NCBI GenBank assembly: GCA_003560665.1
Contig: PWKK01000023.1
Location: 186,040 to 250,039, forward strand
Length of the DNA: 64,000 nucleotides
From: Candidatus Nealsonbacteria bacterium
GTDB lineage: Bacteria; Patescibacteriota; Minisyncoccia; Minisyncoccales; PWPS01
Direction: 5' to 3'
Made by a program: the position numbers and the translations under genes. Below the pieces are notes generated by a model. It searched no databases. It saw nothing but the letters and a program-made list of their open reading frames with translations, and was not told the origin of the DNA. Below, in pieces: positions 11,211 to 19,774 of this stretch. Each line of letters begins with the position of its first letter. Position 1 is the first letter of the stretch.

Positions 11211-11924
11211 ATGGAAGAAAAATTCGGTGAATTGGAAAAAGAGATAGGAGTGGAGTTTGAGAACAAGAATTTAATTATTCAAGCTTTCTGCCACCGCTCT
11301 TATTTAAACGAAAACCCCGATTTTAATCTTGGTCAAAACGAAAGATTAGAATTCTTAGGAGATGCGGTGTTGGAGTTAATTGTCACCAGCTATCTTTATT
11401 TTAACTATCCGGAAAAATCCGAAGGAGAGCTTACTACTTGGAGGGCAGCACTTGTGAACACAAAAGAGATTGGAGATACTGCCGATAAACTCGGTCTCGA
11501 GCGCTTTCTTCTTCTTTCCAAGGGAGAAAAAAGAGAAAAAGGAAGAGCTCGGATGTGTATTCTGGCAAATACCTTTGAGGCGTTAATCGGGGCGATTTAT
11601 TTGGATAGAGGATACGAAATTGCCGCAGATTTTGTTGAAAAAAACCTGATATCAAGACTTCCTCGGATTGTAGAACTAGGATTGTACCGTGATCCGAAAT
11701 CAGAACTTCAGGAAAAAACACAAGAAGATGTCGGCATCACTCCGAACTACGAAGTTTTGCGAGCGGATGGTCCGGACCACCAAAAGCACTTTATTATAGA
11801 AGTTTTCCTTAATGGGGAGTCGATTGGACAGGGAGAAGGGTGGTCAAAGAAAGAAGCAGAAGAAGAAGCGGCAAAAGAAGCGTTGTCAAAAAAAGCATGG
11901 GAAAAGTTGAAGAGTAAACATTAA
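11211..11924 (+). CDS. rnc: Ribonuclease III
   Basis: NERLEFLGDAVLEL signature and a dsRBD (DPKSELQE...GPDHQKHF). Confidence 0.98.
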   Translation: MEEKFGELEKEIGVEFENKNLIIQAFCHRSYLNENPDFNLGQNERLEFLGDAVLELIVTSYLYFNYPEKSEGELTTWRAALVNTKEIGDTADKLGLERFLLLSKGEKREKGRARMCILANTFEALIGAIYLDRGYEIAADFVEKNLISRLPRIVELGLYRDPKSELQEKTQEDVGITPNYEVLRADGPDHQKHFIIEVFLNGESIGQGEGWSKKEAEEEAAKEALSKKAWEKLKSKH

Positions 11925-11945
11925 AAAGTTTCGTACCATAAGCAC

Positions 11946-12572
11946 ATGTTAAAAATAAGATTTTTTCGAAAAGGGAGAAAAAAACAACCTTTTTACAAAA
12001 TAGTAGTCACTGATAAAAACAATCCCCCTTCAGGTGGAAGATTTGTTGAAGACGTTGGATTTTATAACCCCCTTACCAAGGAGTGTGAAATCAAGAAAGA
12101 AAGGGTTGCTTACTGGATGGAGAAAGGGGCACAACCAACAGGGGTAGTAAAAAATCTTCTCATCAAAAAAGGAGCAATTAAAGGAAAAAAGGTGAATGTA
12201 GTTTCGATAACAAGAAAAAGAAAAGAAGTAATTGCGGGAAAAGAGGAAAAAAGAGCTTCGGATACGGAAAATGCAGAAGAAATGAAAGAGGTGGTGGAAA
12301 AAACTATTGAGGAAAAAAAGGAAGAGCCTTTAGAAGGCGATATTCCGGCCGAAGAAGTTTCTCCTGAGAAGGGGTCCGAGGAAAAAGCAGAGGAGACAAC
12401 TAAAGAAACTGCTGAAAAAGAGTCTAAAGAAAAACCTAAGGACGATGAAAAAACGAAAGAAGCGGAAGAAGAAAAAAACGTGGAGGAACCTGCAAAAGAA
12501 AATAAAGTGAAAGAGCACGTGACAGATGAGGGAAAAGGAGAAGAGAAATCACCGGAGAAAGAAGAAAAATAG
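11946..12572 (+). CDS. rpsP: 30S ribosomal protein S16 with a long Glu/Lys-rich C-terminal tail
   Basis: MLKIRFFRKGRKKQPFYKIVV...GFYNP...WMEKGAQPT; residues after about 95 are low complexity. Confidence 0.95.
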   Translation: MLKIRFFRKGRKKQPFYKIVVTDKNNPPSGGRFVEDVGFYNPLTKECEIKKERVAYWMEKGAQPTGVVKNLLIKKGAIKGKKVNVVSITRKRKEVIAGKEEKRASDTENAEEMKEVVEKTIEEKKEEPLEGDIPAEEVSPEKGSEEKAEETTKETAEKESKEKPKDDEKTKEAEEEKNVEEPAKENKVKEHVTDEGKGEEKSPEKEEK

Positions 12573-12711
12573 AATAACAATCTTCCGGCAAAAATTTGAA
12601 GATAAAGATCAGGGTTGACTGAATTTTAGAAAAAAGATAGAATGCCGTTAGTAACTTACCGTAAATCGGTAGGAAAGGTCGAGCTATATTGTACGATAAA
12701 AACACACAATT

Positions 12712-13035
12712 ATGACCAAAGAAACTTCTGACAAGGATTTCTTGGAGTTTATTGTAAAAAACTTGGTAGATAATCCTGACGCAGTAGAAGTCGAAAGAAA
12801 AGTAGACGAAATGGGAGTGCTTCTTGCACTGAAGGTTCATCCTGACGATATGGGACAAATTATCGGAAAGGAAGGATCAACCGCAAGAGCAATCAGGAAC
12901 TTGGTTCGTATTATTGGCCTTAAGCGTAAAGCAAGGGTTAATCTGAAGATTATTGAACCGAGTGGAGGAAGCTATCAGCCAAAGAATGATTCTTCCGAAA
13001 ACAAAAAAGAAGGCTTGGAAGATATCAAACTTTAA
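12712..13035 (+). CDS. khpA: KH-domain RNA-binding protein (KhpA/YlqC family)
   Basis: LVDNPDAVEV...DMGQIIGKEGSTARAIR; canonical position between rpsP and trmD. Confidence 0.9.
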   Translation: MTKETSDKDFLEFIVKNLVDNPDAVEVERKVDEMGVLLALKVHPDDMGQIIGKEGSTARAIRNLVRIIGLKRKARVNLKIIEPSGGSYQPKNDSSENKKEGLEDIKL

Positions 13036-13054
13036 AGGCTTTCATAAATTTCCT

Positions 13055-13090
13055 AAACGGTGCTATTATATTCCAAATAGCACCGTTTTT
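13055..13090 (+). terminator. Intrinsic terminator-like hairpin
   Basis: AAACGGTGCTATT-atattcca-AATAGCACCGTTT followed by T residues. Confidence 0.7.
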
Positions 13091-13103
13091 AATTAACAGT
13101 TAT

Positions 13104-13763
13104 ATGCGCTTCGATATTATAACTATCTTTCCTGGAGTATTTAATTCTTATCTCAAAGAAAGCCTAGTAAAAAAAGCTTCTGAGAAGAAGAAGATAGAGG
13201 TGAAGATTCATGATTTACGAAAGTGGGCCGATGATGTACACAAAACAGTGGATGACACTCCCTTTGGTGGAGGAGGAGGAATGGTAATGAAGGCGGAGCC
13301 GATACACAAGGCGGTTTCATCTCTAAAGGGAAAAGGAGATAAAACGAGAGTTGTTTTGTTTACTCCGAGAGGAAGAAGGTTTAACCAAAGGCGAGCAACC
13401 AAACTTACAGAATACAACCAGGTTATTATGATTTGCGGAAGATATGAAGGGGTGGACGAGAGAGTGGCGAAGTATATTGCCGATGAAGAGTTGTCAATTG
13501 GTAGTTACGTACTGATGGGAGGGGAGCTTCCGGCGATGGTTGTTTTGGAAACTGTATCCCGTCTCGTTCCCGGAGTGGTGGGAAAGGAAAGTTTTCTGCA
13601 AGAAAGAAAAAGGGGGGAATGTTTTTTGGAGTGTCCACAGTACACAAGACCGGAGAACATCACCATTAATGGAAAAAAAAGAAGTGTTCCCTCTGTTTTA
13701 CTTTCAGGTGATCACCGAAAGATAGCAGAGTGGAGAGATAAAAAGGGAAAAATTATAAAGTAA
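13104..13763 (+). CDS. trmD: tRNA (guanine-N1)-methyltransferase
   Basis: VDDTPFGGGGGMVM, ICGRYEGVDER, SIGSYVLMGGE, PQYTRP. Confidence 0.97.
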   Translation: MRFDIITIFPGVFNSYLKESLVKKASEKKKIEVKIHDLRKWADDVHKTVDDTPFGGGGGMVMKAEPIHKAVSSLKGKGDKTRVVLFTPRGRRFNQRRATKLTEYNQVIMICGRYEGVDERVAKYIADEELSIGSYVLMGGELPAMVVLETVSRLVPGVVGKESFLQERKRGECFLECPQYTRPENITINGKKRSVPSVLLSGDHRKIAEWRDKKGKIIK

Positions 13764-13782
13764 ATATTTAAAAGTAATTGAA

Positions 13783-16515
13783 ATGAAAAACTGGCATGCA
13801 CAAAAGACAGAAGAAGTTTTTGAAAATCTTTCTTCCGATCCTGAAGGAATCTCACAAAAAGAGGCCGAGAAAAGGTTGGAGGAGTATGGTGAGAATGAAC
13901 TGAAGGGGAAAAAGGAGGTTCATCCTATCTTTATTTTCTTAAAACAATTTCGAAGCGGACTGGTTTATGTTTTAATTGCCGCTGCGGTCATTTCTGCGGT
14001 TTTCGGAAAGTGGATAGATGTTTATGTTATTCTGGCAGTTATCTTATTAAACTCAGGGTTTGGATTTCTTCAGGAGTATAAAGCGGAGAAGGCGATTCAA
14101 GCACTAAAAAAAATGATCATCCCCGTGGCGAGGGTGTACAGGGAGGGAAACTTTTTGGAGATTTCAGCAAAACACATCGTTCCCGGAGATGTAATTGTCT
14201 TGGATGAAGGAACACGTATTCCGGCAGACGTAAGACTCTTCTACACCAAAAACTTTCGAACGAACGAAGCTTCTCTTACCGGAGAATCGGTTCCGGTAGG
14301 AAAACACACTGAACCGGTAGCAGAAGATATCGATACGGGAGACAAGAAAAACATGGCCTGGATGGGAACTTTTGTTGCCGGAGGAAAAGCGAAAGGAGTA
14401 GCGGTTGCTACCGGAAACGAAACCGCCTTTGGTTCTATTGCCAAAGATATTAGTGAGATTAAAAAAAGAGGAGGTCACTTTGAAGAGAAGGTAGGAAGAT
14501 TGGCCAAACAGATGGCCTTTTTTGCGTTTGGTAGCTCTCTGCTCATTTTTCTTCTTTCTCTCTATACTCAAGGAATAAGATTTCAAGAAGTAGTAGGACT
14601 TTCGGAAAGTTTTCAAGAGTCGGTTCGTTTTACAATTGCCGCTCTTGTTTCCGGAATTCCCGAAGGTTTGCCCGCAATTCTGTCGGTCGTTCTCGCGATA
14701 GGAGCAACGAGAATGGCTAAGCGAAACGCTATTATTAGAAAACTTCCAGCAACCGAAACGCTGGGCGTCACAGATCATATTGTGACCGATAAAACGGGAA
14801 CTCTTACACAGAACACGATGAATGTAAGAAAAATCGTTCTTGCCAGTGGAACGGAAATAGATGTTACAGGAGAAGGGTGGATTCCGGAAGGAAAGTTTAT
14901 TAAAGAAGGAAGAGTGATAACCCCTCTTAACAAACCAAATCTTGAGAAACTTCTTCACATTGCCGGGGTTTGTAATGAGGCGGAGCTTACCAAAAAAGAG
15001 GAAGAAGAAAAGTACGAGATTGTTGGAGATCCAACAGAAGCAGCCTTGGTTGTCCTTGCGCAGAAGGCGGGATTAAACGAGGAGTTGATTCACGAAAAAG
15101 AAAGAAAAATGGATGACATGCCGTTTAGCTCAAAGCTTAAATACAGAGCGTCACTTTCCGTTCTTTTAAATGGAAAGGAGGAGAAACAAATTTACGTTGT
15201 GGGGGCACCTGAAGAGATTATGGAGAGAGTTGGCCATATTCAGGAAAAAGAAGGGGTTAGAGAGACAAAGGAAGACGACAGAAAAATGATAATGGACCGC
15301 GTTGAAAGAATGACTGGAAAAGCGATGAGAACAATCGGAATTGCTTACAAAGAAGTTGCAAAGGAAACGGAGGAGATAGAAAAAGAAATGGTTAATGATT
15401 TAGTGCTAGTTGGTGTAGTTGGAATAGTTGATCCTCCTCGACCGGAAGTAAAAGAGGCGATTGAAAAGGCAAAAGAAGCAGGAATAAGAGTAATTATGAC
15501 TACCGGTGATCACAAGGGGACAGCCTTGGCAATTTCTCGTGAGATAGGTTTGGTAAGCAGAGACGACGAAAGAGCTTTAACACAAAAAGAGCTTTCCGAA
15601 ATGTCCGAAGAAGATTTTGAAGGGGCGATAAGAGAGGTCAATGTTTTTGCACGACTTACCCCTCATATGAAGCTAAAAATTGCTAAAACTCTTCAAGAAA
15701 ATGGAGCCATTGTCGCAATGACTGGTGATGGAGTGAATGATGCTCCGGCGGTAAAGCAGGCGGATATCGGGATAGCAATGGGGATTTCAGGAACGGATGT
15801 AACCAAAGAAGCCGGAGATATTATTTTAGCAGATGACAATTTTTCTTCTATTGTTAATGCAGTAGAGGAGGGGAGGATTGTTTTTCGCAACACAAAACAA
15901 GCCAGTACGACCTTAATAAGCACAAACTTTGCGGAGCATGTAACGATTATCACTTCACTTCTCTTGCTTGGTGGGCAGCTTCCTTTTTTACCCACACAGA
16001 TATTATGGCTTAATCTGATTACTGACGGTTTTTCCGGAGCACCCCTTGCCGCTGAACCGGGACACAGTGATATTTTGAAAGAAAAGCCGAGAAACAAGAA
16101 CGAGGGTATTTTAACAATAGATGTTCTTCCCGTGCTAATTTTAACGGCATTTGTTATGGCAACACTAACACTTTTAGCATTCAATTATTACCAAGAGGTT
16201 AGTATCGAAAAAGCAAGGACTGCTGCATTTAGCGTAATGGCATTTACGCAACTTTTCCGCGCAATTAATATGAGAGATATGAAACGTTCTGTTTTTAAAA
16301 TAGGATTCTTCAAGAACAAGTATCTAATCTTTGCCATTCTGATTGCACTGTTCTTACAAGTAGCGGTGATTAGAATACCGTTTTTCCAAGAAGTTTTTAA
16401 TTTTGAAACCATTAGTTATTTCGAGGTATTTATACTTATGGCTCTTTCTTCTCTGGTATTTTTCTTTGGCGAAGCATACAAGTATCTCCGTTATCATGAG
16501 GTAGGGAAGACTTGA
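13783..16515 (+). CDS. Cation-transporting P-type ATPase (type IIA-like, probably Ca2+)
   Basis: LTGES, IPEGL, DKTGTLT phosphorylation motif, MTGDGVNDAP, QILWLNLITDG. Confidence 0.93.
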   Translation: MKNWHAQKTEEVFENLSSDPEGISQKEAEKRLEEYGENELKGKKEVHPIFIFLKQFRSGLVYVLIAAAVISAVFGKWIDVYVILAVILLNSGFGFLQEYKAEKAIQALKKMIIPVARVYREGNFLEISAKHIVPGDVIVLDEGTRIPADVRLFYTKNFRTNEASLTGESVPVGKHTEPVAEDIDTGDKKNMAWMGTFVAGGKAKGVAVATGNETAFGSIAKDISEIKKRGGHFEEKVGRLAKQMAFFAFGSSLLIFLLSLYTQGIRFQEVVGLSESFQESVRFTIAALVSGIPEGLPAILSVVLAIGATRMAKRNAIIRKLPATETLGVTDHIVTDKTGTLTQNTMNVRKIVLASGTEIDVTGEGWIPEGKFIKEGRVITPLNKPNLEKLLHIAGVCNEAELTKKEEEEKYEIVGDPTEAALVVLAQKAGLNEELIHEKERKMDDMPFSSKLKYRASLSVLLNGKEEKQIYVVGAPEEIMERVGHIQEKEGVRETKEDDRKMIMDRVERMTGKAMRTIGIAYKEVAKETEEIEKEMVNDLVLVGVVGIVDPPRPEVKEAIEKAKEAGIRVIMTTGDHKGTALAISREIGLVSRDDERALTQKELSEMSEEDFEGAIREVNVFARLTPHMKLKIAKTLQENGAIVAMTGDGVNDAPAVKQADIGIAMGISGTDVTKEAGDIILADDNFSSIVNAVEEGRIVFRNTKQASTTLISTNFAEHVTIITSLLLLGGQLPFLPTQILWLNLITDGFSGAPLAAEPGHSDILKEKPRNKNEGILTIDVLPVLILTAFVMATLTLLAFNYYQEVSIEKARTAAFSVMAFTQLFRAINMRDMKRSVFKIGFFKNKYLIFAILIALFLQVAVIRIPFFQEVFNFETISYFEVFILMALSSLVFFFGEAYKYLRYHEVGKT

Positions 16516-16540
16516 AAATAATTTGAAGGTTTGTTATAAT
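16512..16540 (+). promoter_or_regulatory. Sigma70-type promoter of the glyS leader
   Basis: TTGAAA(16512)-17 bp-TATAAT(16535) with extended -10 TG. Confidence 0.75.
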
Positions 16541-16547
16541 GTGATCA

Positions 16548-16693
16548 GTCGGTTTGCGGGAGATTGGCACCCCTTTATATTAAGCTGACAGAAAAAAGGT
16601 GGTCTTGATTACAATCAAGGCAAGCTAGATGGAACCGCGGGGAAAGCTCGTTCTAGCAATCAATAAATTTTGGTTGTTAAGACGAGCTTTTTT
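16548..16693 (+). ncRNA. T-box riboswitch (Gly specifier), transcription-attenuation type
   Basis: Antiterminator GCTAGA-TGGAACC-GCG...CGT-TCTAGC (16624-16657); competing terminator AAAGCTCGT...ACGAGCTTTTTT (16643-16693); GGC codon at 16566-16568; directly upstream of glyS. Confidence 0.85.
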
Positions 16694-16715
16694 ATTAATC
16701 TAAAAATTAAAAAAC

Positions 16716-18116
16716 ATGACAAAAAAATCCGGTCTTGAAAAAATAGTTTCTTTCTGCAAGAGGAGGGGTTTTGTTTTCCCTTCATCAGAGATTTACGGTG
16801 GCTTGGCTGCGATTTACGATTACGGGCATTACGGAACAATTTTAAAAAACAATATTCGTGATGCTTGGTGGAAACACATGGTTCAGTTTCGAGACGACAT
16901 TTACGGATTAGATAGTGCAATTTTTATGCACCCTACAACATGGGTTGCATCCGGACACGTAGAGGGATTTGATGATCCGCAAGTGGATTGTCTGGATTGC
17001 AAGCAGAGGATGCGCGCGGATCACATTCTCGAAGAGTTTGGAGTGGACGCCGATAAGGCAAGCATTGATTTTGTTAACGACGAGCTGAATAAATTAAAAA
17101 AAGACGAAAAGGTGAAGTGTGTAAACTGCGGTTCAAAAAAGCTTACTCCGGCAAGACAGTTTTCGTTGATGATTAAGTCAAATCTCGGTTCTCCGGTAGA
17201 CGTACTTTCCGAAGAGAACGTGATTTATTTAAGACCCGAAACTTGTGGAGGGATATATTTGGAGTATAAAAATGTGATGGATTCTGTTCACCCTAAACTT
17301 CCTTTCGGTATCGCTCAGGTTGGTAAAGCTTTTCGAAACGAGATTGTCGCAAGGCAGTTTGTTTTTCGAACAAGAGAGTTTGAACAGATGGAGATGCAGT
17401 ACTTTTTACATCCCGATAAGATGGATGAAAAGTATGAAATGTGGAAAGATTTACGATGGAAGTGGTATTTAGAGTACGGCATTCCGCAAGAGAAGCTTAA
17501 ATGGTACAAGCACGAGGTTCTTTCTCACTACGCTTCGCAGGCATACGATATAGAGTTTGATTTTGAATGTCTTGGAGGATTTAAAGAGGTTGAGGGAATT
17601 CATACTCGAGGAGATTGGGACCTTTCACAACACTCAAAACACTCCGGAGTTGACTTAATGTATACCGATGAAAAAACCGATGAGAAATTCACTCCCCACA
17701 TCATGGAAACATCGGCGGGGCTAAACAGGGTGTTTCTTATGTTTTTAGATAACGCTCTTACCGAAGAAGAGGTAGAGGGAGAAAAAAGAACAGTACTGAA
17801 AATTGATAAAAGATTGGCACCGATTAAGGTTGCTGTTTTTCCTCTTCTTAAAAACAAAGAGGATCTTACCGGTAAGGCAAGAGAAATATATGATTCATTG
17901 AAGAAGTTGTGGATGTGCGAGTATGATGTATCGGGAAGCATTGGAAAAAGGTATAGAAGACAAGACGAGATAGGAACACCGTATTGTGTTACGGTGGATT
18001 TTGATTCTTTGTCCGACAATTCGGTGACCATAAGAGATAGAGACACGATGAAGCAAGAAAGAGTAAAGGTGGCAGAGTTGAAGAATTATCTCACGGAAAG
18101 ACTGGATGAGAAATAG
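16716..18116 (+). CDS. glyS: Glycine--tRNA ligase, homodimeric (alpha2) type
   Basis: KRRGFVFPSSEIYGG, YLRPET, AQVGKAFRNEI, FRTREFEQMEMQ, SIGKRYRRQDEIGTPYCVTVD. Confidence 0.97.
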   Translation: MTKKSGLEKIVSFCKRRGFVFPSSEIYGGLAAIYDYGHYGTILKNNIRDAWWKHMVQFRDDIYGLDSAIFMHPTTWVASGHVEGFDDPQVDCLDCKQRMRADHILEEFGVDADKASIDFVNDELNKLKKDEKVKCVNCGSKKLTPARQFSLMIKSNLGSPVDVLSEENVIYLRPETCGGIYLEYKNVMDSVHPKLPFGIAQVGKAFRNEIVARQFVFRTREFEQMEMQYFLHPDKMDEKYEMWKDLRWKWYLEYGIPQEKLKWYKHEVLSHYASQAYDIEFDFECLGGFKEVEGIHTRGDWDLSQHSKHSGVDLMYTDEKTDEKFTPHIMETSAGLNRVFLMFLDNALTEEEVEGEKRTVLKIDKRLAPIKVAVFPLLKNKEDLTGKAREIYDSLKKLWMCEYDVSGSIGKRYRRQDEIGTPYCVTVDFDSLSDNSVTIRDRDTMKQERVKVAELKNYLTERLDEK

Positions 18117-18166
18117 TTTTTTAATAGTGGAATTTTCTTGATTGTAGTTTTGATTTCTCGTCATGA

Positions 18167-18196
18167 CTTGAAAAGTTGTTTAAATTGTGTTATAAA
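18167..18196 (+). repeat. 30-bp promoter repeat, copy 1 (copy 2 at 18763-18792)
   Basis: CTTGAAAAGTTGTT(T/G)AAATTGTG(T/C)TATAAA, 28/30 identical; TTGAAA-17-TGnTATAAA. Confidence 0.85.
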
Positions 18197-18266
18197 CTAA
18201 ACGACAAAAAGGAGGATTGAACATTAAATAATTGCGTCATTGAATTTGAAAGGAGGAGTTGTAAAA

Positions 18267-18530
18267 ATGCTTTTTCTCTCGCTTGTCTCTTCAACAATTG
18301 GCGTGGGATTGGTTCTGTTCTTGGGTCTTTTTTGGGGAATACTTGGATATAATTCAAAAAAAGAAGCAGCAGTTAAGGCACTAGTTTTGGCAATGGCAAC
18401 CTTTGTGATTTATGCCTTACCATTATTTTTGATCGGGAACAATGGAATTATTGTTCCATTGGTTGTAGCTTTTCTTGTTTTTTTTCTGGTATACACACAA
18501 GCCACCTCCCCATGGCAATGGAAAAAATAA
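18267..18530 (+). CDS. Small hypothetical membrane protein (3 TM, 87 aa)
   Basis: AAAGGAGG SD upstream of ATG 18267; three hydrophobic segments; own promoter and terminator. Confidence 0.75.
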   Translation: MLFLSLVSSTIGVGLVLFLGLFWGILGYNSKKEAAVKALVLAMATFVIYALPLFLIGNNGIIVPLVVAFLVFFLVYTQATSPWQWKK

Positions 18531-18543
18531 AAAATCTTTGGGC

Positions 18544-18578
18544 GGGCGCTACAAATAAAAGTAGCGTCTTTTCTTTTT
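18544..18578 (+). terminator. Intrinsic terminator
   Basis: GGCGCTAC-aaataaaa-GTAGCGTC followed by TTTTCTTTTT. Confidence 0.7.
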
Positions 18579-18762
18579 AGAGCAAGATTTTATTATTTTT
18601 CGCAGGTAAACGATAGGTAGTGTTTGATGAAGGAAAAAACTGAAAACCGACAAGAGATTATTCTGACTAAGAACGCTGTTTCTTTTTCTTTACAAAAAGA
18701 AGGCAAATGATTTACTGGAAAAATTGCAGACGCGTGAATGCGGCCTAAAATTTTTGTTCTTG

Positions 18763-18792
18763 CTTGAAAAGTTGTTGAAATTGTGCTATAAA
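18763..18792 (+). repeat. 30-bp promoter repeat, copy 2; promoter of the small ORF plus LuxI-like gene
   Basis: Near-identical to 18167-18196; both copies are followed by AAAAAGGAGG. Confidence 0.85.
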
Positions 18793-18882
18793 ATAAATAA
18801 TAAAAAGGAGGTGACGCACACTAAAAAAATATCACGCTCAATAAAACGTGTTTATATATATTAAGCTTGAGGGGAGGAGAGA

Positions 18883-19029
18883 ATGGTGCGCATATTGTAC
18901 ACGGCGCTTATTGTAGTAGTTTTGGTTTTTGCAACTTATGCCCTGCTTCATATCGGAATAGGGCTAACTAGGGAGCATATTATGAGAAACTTCGAGCCTA
19001 GAATTTTGCACGAAAAAATCTTGGAATAG
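18883..19029 (+). CDS. 48-aa single-TM peptide (not in the ORF track)
   Basis: GGGGAGG SD, then MVRILYTALIVVVLVFATYALLHIGIGLTREHIMRNFEPRILHEKILE*; its stop overlaps the SD of the next gene. Confidence 0.7.
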   Translation: MVRILYTALIVVVLVFATYALLHIGIGLTREHIMRNFEPRILHEKILE

Positions 19030-19041
19030 GAGGTGTTAAAA

Positions 19042-19680
19042 TTGGGAGAAGGAATATTTGGCGAAGAAATTATAGCTGGAATAATAGAAAGCGAAGAAAG
19101 TGAAAATCTAATAACAAAGGAACTAGATGAAAAAGAACGTGAGAAAGCATATAAAGTGAGGTACCGAATCTTCGCGGAGAAATTGGGGTGGTTGATTCCT
19201 AACCCTCACGAGATGGATTATGATCATTATGACGAGTATGCTCGTCATGTGGGTGTATTTCTAAATGGGAGGATGATTGGCTACTCAAGAATTATTTTCC
19301 CTTATGGAGTTTTTATGATCGAGGAAGATTTTAAAGATCTCGTCAATGAAGAGCTTCTGGAGAAAAAGAATTCATTGGAAATAAGTCGGGTTTTGGTAGA
19401 TACTTCTCGGCCTGACTATCGTCTTTATACTACGATGTTGCTTTATCGCGACGTATACCTTTCCGCAATGAAAAGAAACATTCGATACGGATATATTGTA
19501 GTTGTAAAAAAATTCCTTGATAAAATAAAGCTCATTTTTCCATTTGAGCAAATTGGAGAAACTGTTTGCTTTCAAGAGGGTGTTCCCACAGTAGCGGCCA
19601 TAGTAGATGCTAGAAAAATAGAAGAAAGATTCCGAGAAGAGAGCGATCAGCTGTACAAATGGTTTGCCCAAAAAGAATGA
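19042..19680 (+). CDS. LuxI-like acyl-homoserine-lactone synthase / N-acyl amino acid synthase (GNAT fold)
   Basis: KVRYRIFAEKLGW, DYDHYD, IGYSRI and LEISR match the conserved R/F/W/D/D/R/E/R residues of the LuxI family. SD AGGAGGTG favours TTG 19042 over GTG 19033. Confidence 0.8.
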   Translation: MGEGIFGEEIIAGIIESEESENLITKELDEKEREKAYKVRYRIFAEKLGWLIPNPHEMDYDHYDEYARHVGVFLNGRMIGYSRIIFPYGVFMIEEDFKDLVNEELLEKKNSLEISRVLVDTSRPDYRLYTTMLLYRDVYLSAMKRNIRYGYIVVVKKFLDKIKLIFPFEQIGETVCFQEGVPTVAAIVDARKIEERFREESDQLYKWFAQKE

Positions 19681-19712
19681 ATATTAGGACTATAGTCGCT
19701 TAACTGAAAGCA

Positions 19713-19745
19713 AAGGACCGAGCATTAAGTTCGGTCTCTTTTTTT
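19713..19745 (+). terminator. Intrinsic terminator after the LuxI-like gene
   Basis: GACCGAGC-attaa-GTTCGGTC followed by a T-run. Confidence 0.7.
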
Positions 19746-19774
19746 ATGCTTTTTTTTATGGTATTATTCACAGA

